Shown here piece by piece: positions 6,805 to 10,525 of a stretch of DNA of 10,525 nt. The translations under genes and the position numbers were made by a program. The stretch is from contig JANQHN010000235.1 in assembly GCA_028282665.1 (NCBI GenBank), positions 1 to 10,525 on the forward strand. The letters are read 5' to 3'. The stretch comes from Phycisphaerae bacterium. Lineage in GTDB: Bacteria > Planctomycetota > Phycisphaerae > UBA1845. The notes beneath the pieces were generated by a model. The model ran no database searches. It had not been told where the DNA came from and worked only from the letters and a program-made list of their open reading frames with translations. Every line of letters begins with the position of its first letter. Positions within the stretch are counted from its first letter, which is position 1.

Positions 6805-7593
6805 TTACAGCGAATGTACACGCCCACCGTCAACCGGCAGATTGATACCGGTGATGTAACTCGCCGCCGGTGACGCCAAAAATGTCACCGCTGCCGCGAT
6901 CTCCTCAGGTTGACCAAACCGCTGAGCAGGCACCATCGACTCCCATTCCTTTGCCAGCACGTCGGCACTTACGCCTGCTTCTTTTGCACGCAAATCGATT
7001 AATAAGCGAAGCCGTTCCGTATCCGTGTACCCCGGCAAAACGTTGTTGACCGTCACGCCATCACCCGCAACCTCCCGGGAAAGTGTCTTAGCCCAACTCG
7101 CCACCGCCCACCTCGTCGTGTTGGAAACACCCAGCCCAAGGATCGGCTCCTTCACGGAGATCGAGATAATATTGATGATCCGCCCAAAACCAGCCTCTTT
7201 CATCCCCGGTAAAACCGTCTGCGTGAGCCGCTGATTGCACACGATGTGCATTTCGATCGCGTCGCGAAAAGCCTGCGGCTCGGCACTTAATACCGCGCCT
7301 GGCGCGGGGCCGCCGGTGTTGTTGACTAAAATATGGTACGGGTTGTTGCGCTCTATTCGTTGTGCGACTGGCTGCACAACACTTTCGACGTTCTTATAAT
7401 CGGACACAAAAAAATCGTGCGATTGCCCGTCCCTGCACGGCAATACCCCACGAACTGATTCGAGCAAATCCCCGCTTCTGGCAGTCAGCGTCACCGACGC
7501 GCCAAACTCCGCCAGCGCAACCGCGCACGCCTTACCAATCCCTTGCGAACTGCCGCCAACCAGTGCCCGTTTGCCTTCCAAGTTTAGATCCAT
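6805..7593 (-). CDS. Short-chain dehydrogenase/reductase (SDR) family protein, FabG-like fold, apparently lacking the canonical catalytic Tyr/Lys
   Basis: Motifs: ALVGGSSQGIGKA (TGxxxGxG), NNTGGP (NNAG), WAKTLSREVA and PGYTDTE. When aligned on the ...KSLAREVA motif, the positions that should be YxxxK are SNTTR. The start is ATG at 7593, with GGGAGA 8 nt upstream on the minus strand; in-frame alternatives lie upstream, up to the TTG at 7617. Confidence 0.8.
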   Translation of the reverse strand: MDLNLEGKRALVGGSSQGIGKACAVALAEFGASVTLTARSGDLLESVRGVLPCRDGQSHDFFVSDYKNVESVVQPVAQRIERNNPYHILVNNTGGPAPGAVLSAEPQAFRDAIEMHIVCNQRLTQTVLPGMKEAGFGRIINIISISVKEPILGLGVSNTTRWAVASWAKTLSREVAGDGVTVNNVLPGYTDTERLRLLIDLRAKEAGVSADVLAKEWESMVPAQRFGQPEEIAAAVTFLASPAASYITGINLPVDGGRVHSL

Positions 7594-7795
7594 CACGCAT
7601 ATCTCCCGAGTCATCAATCAATCAACCAGCGAGTCGCGCTCCATACGATAACACACGTCTCAAAGCACGTCATGAATCAAAACAACTAAGCGCATCCCGC
7701 CTAATGCGTCAAGTTCGCCACCGACAAACGGCCGGCAAAAAGAGACATCAAAGTGATCAATAGCCGTTTTCGATGAAGGGTGGGATTCCTTGTCC

Positions 7796-7822
7796 CCGCC
7801 GGCGGAGGTGTTAAGCCGGCGG
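7796..7822 (-). other. Very stable GC-only hairpin (CCGCCGGC-ggaggtgttaa-GCCGGCGG) about 35 nt downstream of the clpS stop. It may be a U-tract-less terminator or other RNA structural element.
   Basis: Perfect 8-bp G/C stem with an 11-nt loop. No U tract follows on either strand. A second small hairpin, CTGAG-gatta-CTCAG, overlaps the clpS stop codon at 7846-7860. Confidence 0.3.
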
Positions 7823-7856
7823 AATCTGATTCGCATCCATGCGGGCTGACTGAGGA

Positions 7857-8279
7857 TTACTCAGCCGGCTCGATCACCGACTGCATGCTTCCCTGACAGC
7901 GCGTAATACGCCAGTCCCGTCCGAAAGCATGCACCTGATCACGCTTAAACTCCGCTCGCTCCTTCGTGGTCGTGTCGATTATGACTCGTCCTTTACTATC
8001 CAACTCGCACGCCAATTTGTAAGCGTGCTCGGTGGTGTAACCGAAAAGCTTGCGAAGCATGTCGATCAAGTAGTCATACGTGTGATCATCGTCGTCCAAA
8101 AGCACCACATTATAAAACGGCTGGCGCTTCGGTCGACAAACTTCCTTCGTCTCCCGCTGCACGGCTCGCTTCTTAGCGATACTCGTTTCAATCGATTCAG
8201 CCAGAGTTGTCGTCATGGGGAACTGTTCTGCGATCTTGAGAACTCGTGTTACCCGATCCCTGAACGTTGAATCGGCCAT
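7857..8279 (-). CDS. clpS: ATP-dependent Clp protease adaptor ClpS
   Basis: The core FYNVVLLDDDDHTYDYLIDMLRKLFGYTTEHAYKLACELDSKGRVIIDTTTKERAEFK aligns to the E. coli ClpS core ([57 protein letters not shown]). An in-frame TGA lies immediately upstream of the ATG. No clpA is adjacent in this window. Confidence 0.85.
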   Translation of the reverse strand: MADSTFRDRVTRVLKIAEQFPMTTTLAESIETSIAKKRAVQRETKEVCRPKRQPFYNVVLLDDDDHTYDYLIDMLRKLFGYTTEHAYKLACELDSKGRVIIDTTTKERAEFKRDQVHAFGRDWRITRCQGSMQSVIEPAE

Positions 8280-8686
8280 CTCCTGTCGGCTTCATTATCC
8301 AACATTTTAAGGTTGTAATGCAAGAGCGCTTGGAACGTAAAAGTCTTTTATGGCTCCTCGAAACAAAAATGGAACACGTCTCGTTTCGACAACGCACAGC
8401 ATCAGACAAACAGCGAAACAACAACCAAAGCCTAATAGCTTCGTCATGCAAAATCGCTCTTACGTTCGGCACAATCAGGAGTAAGGGGATGTTCGTCTCG
8501 CAATGGCCAAGCTCTCCAAACACCTTAGACGCAAAAGCAAACTAATGGCTCGATTACAAAAAGAGCGCAAAAATCACAACGACTGAGGCATTTACCTCAA
8601 TTTGGCTTTGCGTACTGCCTACGGTTCATCCTCACGCTAATTCGCTACAGTCGAAAGAAATTTGCACCGTTCGCCCACGCCTTGTG

Positions 8687-8702
8687 ATATACAGTCGACA
8701 GT
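8687..8702. repeat. Perfect 16-bp palindrome ATACAGTCGACAGTAT overlapping the miaB stop region
   Basis: Self-complementary over all 16 bp, centred on GTCGAC. No flanking U tract, so it is not a classical terminator. It may be a protein-binding site or a chance palindrome. Confidence 0.3.
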
Positions 8703-8706
8703 ATTG

Positions 8707-10197
8707 TTATCGGCCTAATGAGACCGGTTCGATCACATCGCCGTGAAACGTGAGAGCGGTTGCGCTGGTGATCTTCACGCTGACAAGCTGCCCGACAAGT
8801 TCTTCGCGGCCTTCAAATACGACAATCCGATCGTGGCGTGTTCGCCCCACCAATTGGCTTTCATTGCGCCACCCAACCTGCACCCTAGGCGACTCCTCCG
8901 CCTCACGTGCCTTCGCTGCGGCTTTGCTGGGGCCTTCCACCAAAACTTCGAACACTTCACTAACGAATGACTGATTGTTGGCAAGCGAAATGCGCTCTTG
9001 AAGATCGAGCAACTCAACGTTGCGCCGACGTTTCACCTTATCCGGCACGTCGTTGTCCTTGCCTTTGAATGAAGCGGTGCCCGGTCGCGGCGAATATTTG
9101 AAGACAAAAATATTCTTGAACTGGCAGCGTTCAATCAACTCTTTCGTCGCTTCGTGGTCGTCTTCCGTCTCACCACAGAAGCCAACGATAAAATCGCTTG
9201 CCAGTGTAATCCCCGGCACGATCTCTCTCGCTTTACCAATAAGTTCCTCATATTCGCCCACCGTGTACTGACGATTCATAAGCTTGAGTATTCGATCACT
9301 GCCACTTTGCACAGGGATGTGGAGGTATTCGCACACTGTCGGCAGATCCCGCATGGCTTCAAAGATCTCGATATCGAAATCGCCAGGAAAACTGGTCACA
9401 AATCGAAGCCGCTCGATACCCGGAATTTCATCGATGCGAGAAAGCAATTCCGCAAACTTGATCGGCAAGCCGCTTTCCTGATGAATGTAACTGTTCACCG
9501 TTTGACCAACGAGAGTGATTTCCTTCGTGCCCCTATCGGCGAGCATCTTCGCTTCTTCCACAATGATCGAAGCGGGCCTGCTCCGTTCCAAGCCACGCGT
9601 AAAGGGCACAATGCAATAGGTGCAGAACTTGTCGCAGCCGCGTTGAACACGGATGTACGCCTGCAAAGAATTCTGGCCTGGATCAGGTTCGCGCGACAAA
9701 TCGAGCGCCTCGACCGAATCGTAATCCAGCGCACGCTCCAACGGTGTGGTCTTGCGTTTGAAATCCTGGGACAAAGCAACCGCCCGGGATCGTGTCTCCT
9801 CAATCTCGCCGATCATCGCTGGAATCTTGTTCAACTCATTCGGCCCGCAAATCAATTCAACATGCGGCATCTTCTCGATGAGCGACTCCGGATCCCTCTC
9901 CGCCATGCACCCCATCACCCCGATGATCATGTCTGGGTTCATCAATTTTGGCTTAGTCAGCGACCCGAGGCGGGACAGCACCTTCTGCTCCGCGTGGTCG
10001 CGCACGCTACACGTATTCAAAAGCACCAGATCCGCTCGCGTCATATCGGACTCAAGCTCGTACCCGATGCGGCGTAGCTGCCCCATGACCAGTTCGCTGT
10101 CGAGCACGTTCATCTGACAGCCCATTGTTTCGAGATATACCTTCTTGCGTGCCATCGCCGGTCGTTGATTCCTCTCTGTCAGCGGCAAGTCACTCAT
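8707..10197 (-). CDS. miaB: tRNA (N6-isopentenyl-adenosine-37) 2-methylthiotransferase MiaB (radical-SAM methylthiotransferase with TRAM domain)
   Basis: N-terminal MTTase motif KVYLETMGCQMNVLDSE (MiaB-type GCQMN), radical-SAM CDKFCTYCIVPFTRG, and a C-terminal TRAM-like segment (LVGRTRHDRIVVFEG...GQLVSVKITSA). The longest ORF starts at 10197. By family alignment the in-frame ATG at 10155 (MARKKVYLETMGC...) is an equally plausible start. Confidence 0.85.
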   Translation of the reverse strand: MSDLPLTERNQRPAMARKKVYLETMGCQMNVLDSELVMGQLRRIGYELESDMTRADLVLLNTCSVRDHAEQKVLSRLGSLTKPKLMNPDMIIGVMGCMAERDPESLIEKMPHVELICGPNELNKIPAMIGEIEETRSRAVALSQDFKRKTTPLERALDYDSVEALDLSREPDPGQNSLQAYIRVQRGCDKFCTYCIVPFTRGLERSRPASIIVEEAKMLADRGTKEITLVGQTVNSYIHQESGLPIKFAELLSRIDEIPGIERLRFVTSFPGDFDIEIFEAMRDLPTVCEYLHIPVQSGSDRILKLMNRQYTVGEYEELIGKAREIVPGITLASDFIVGFCGETEDDHEATKELIERCQFKNIFVFKYSPRPGTASFKGKDNDVPDKVKRRRNVELLDLQERISLANNQSFVSEVFEVLVEGPSKAAAKAREAEESPRVQVGWRNESQLVGRTRHDRIVVFEGREELVGQLVSVKITSATALTFHGDVIEPVSLGR

Positions 10198-10307
10198 TGT
10201 ATGCGCAAAGCGTGAGAATCAATACCACGCCATGGATTAAGCCATCGGAAATCCCATTGCAAAGCCCCGACTTGACGTCCACGCCACCGTTGCCCACATT
10301 GCCCCAC

Positions 10308-10525
10308 ATGATCGATCATGTACCAACCAAATATCGAGCTTCAACGGCAACAATTGACAAGAAGCCGAACCCGCAACGCGAGGACATTTTCGCCTTCATC
10401 CTCATCTCGCTCGGTGTCGCGCTGCGGCTGTACTTGGCAGTCACACTTCCGGTCGGTTACGATGAAGTTTTTGTCATGGGAGTCGGAATCGATGAAATGG
10501 CAGACTCCACGCAGGCCGCCCTGGT
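10308..10525 (+). CDS. Partial 5' end of a GT39 (PMT/ArnT-like, GT-C fold) membrane glycosyltransferase gene; it continues beyond the window
   Basis: The frame is open from 10089 to the window end and the first ATG is at 10308. It translates to MIDHVPTKYRASTATIDKKPNPQREDIFAFILISLGVALRLYLAVTLPVGYDEVFVMGVGIDEM. A first TM helix is followed by the LRLxL..P...DE motif typical of PMT-family N-termini. It is divergent from miaB, with a ~110 bp shared upstream region. Confidence 0.45.
   Translation, partial: MIDHVPTKYRASTATIDKKPNPQREDIFAFILISLGVALRLYLAVTLPVGYDEVFVMGVGIDEMADSTQAAL

Noticed and set aside
6267-6833. 188-aa minus-strand ORF and the 76-aa ORF at 6359-6589
   Set aside because: They are antisense to the LOG gene and have no motifs.
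8197-8523. 108-aa minus-strand ORF overlapping the clpS start
   Set aside because: It starts at GTG and overlaps clpS out of frame by about 80 bp. It is Cys/Arg-rich and non-globular, and lies in AT-rich leader sequence.
9154-10077. 307-aa plus-strand ORF, plus the smaller ORFs 8743-8970, 8750-8974 and 9746-10117
   Set aside because: They are antisense to miaB, which carries unambiguous radical-SAM/MTTase motifs. They have no motifs of their own and a non-protein-like composition.
1-10525. CRISPR arrays, tandem repeats and IS elements
   Set aside because: There are no regularly spaced direct repeats. Only trivial microrepeats were seen, such as tcaatcaatcaa at 7611-7625. No terminal inverted repeats or transposase-like ORFs are present.

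Overview
This 10.5 kb window looks like ordinary bacterial chromosome rather than a mobile or defence island. GC content is moderately high, roughly mid-50s % by eye, and most genes are on the minus strand. Organism guess (low confidence): a Planctomycetota-like genome, based on weak Shine-Dalgarno usage, long AT-rich intergenic regions and a Tat-like signal peptide.

Calls in order along the window:
- 3-1160 (-): an SPFH/band-7 (stomatin/slipin-like) protein with an unusual insertion near its N-terminus.
- 1661-1736 (-): a 76-nt tRNA gene that encodes its CCA end, with atypical features.
- 1992-2720 (-): a membrane-anchored protein with a YbjN-like C-terminal domain.
- 2876-3259 (-): a short stand-alone transcription unit of about 230 nt, with a promoter-like TTGACA/TAGTAT pair, bracketed by two intrinsic terminators. 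It could be an sRNA or a 43-aa small protein.
- 3300-5720 (-): a large secreted trypsin-like (S1) serine protease with a beta-rich repeat region and a helical, probably TPR-like, C-terminus.
- 6006-6770 (+): a type-II LOG (TIGR00730) family protein.
- 6805-7593 (-): an SDR-fold oxidoreductase that appears to lack the canonical Tyr/Lys catalytic pair.
- 7857-8279 (-): clpS.
- 8707-10197 (-): miaB.
- 10308-10525 (+): the 5' end of a GT39/PMT-like membrane glycosyltransferase gene, running off the window.

I found no CRISPR array, transposase, integrase, toxin-antitoxin pair or recognisable defence system. The most interesting observations are the terminator-flanked small transcription unit between the protease and ybjN-like genes, and the non-canonical tRNA.

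Most long ORFs in the supplied track lie antisense to these genes and are rejected as GC-driven artefacts.
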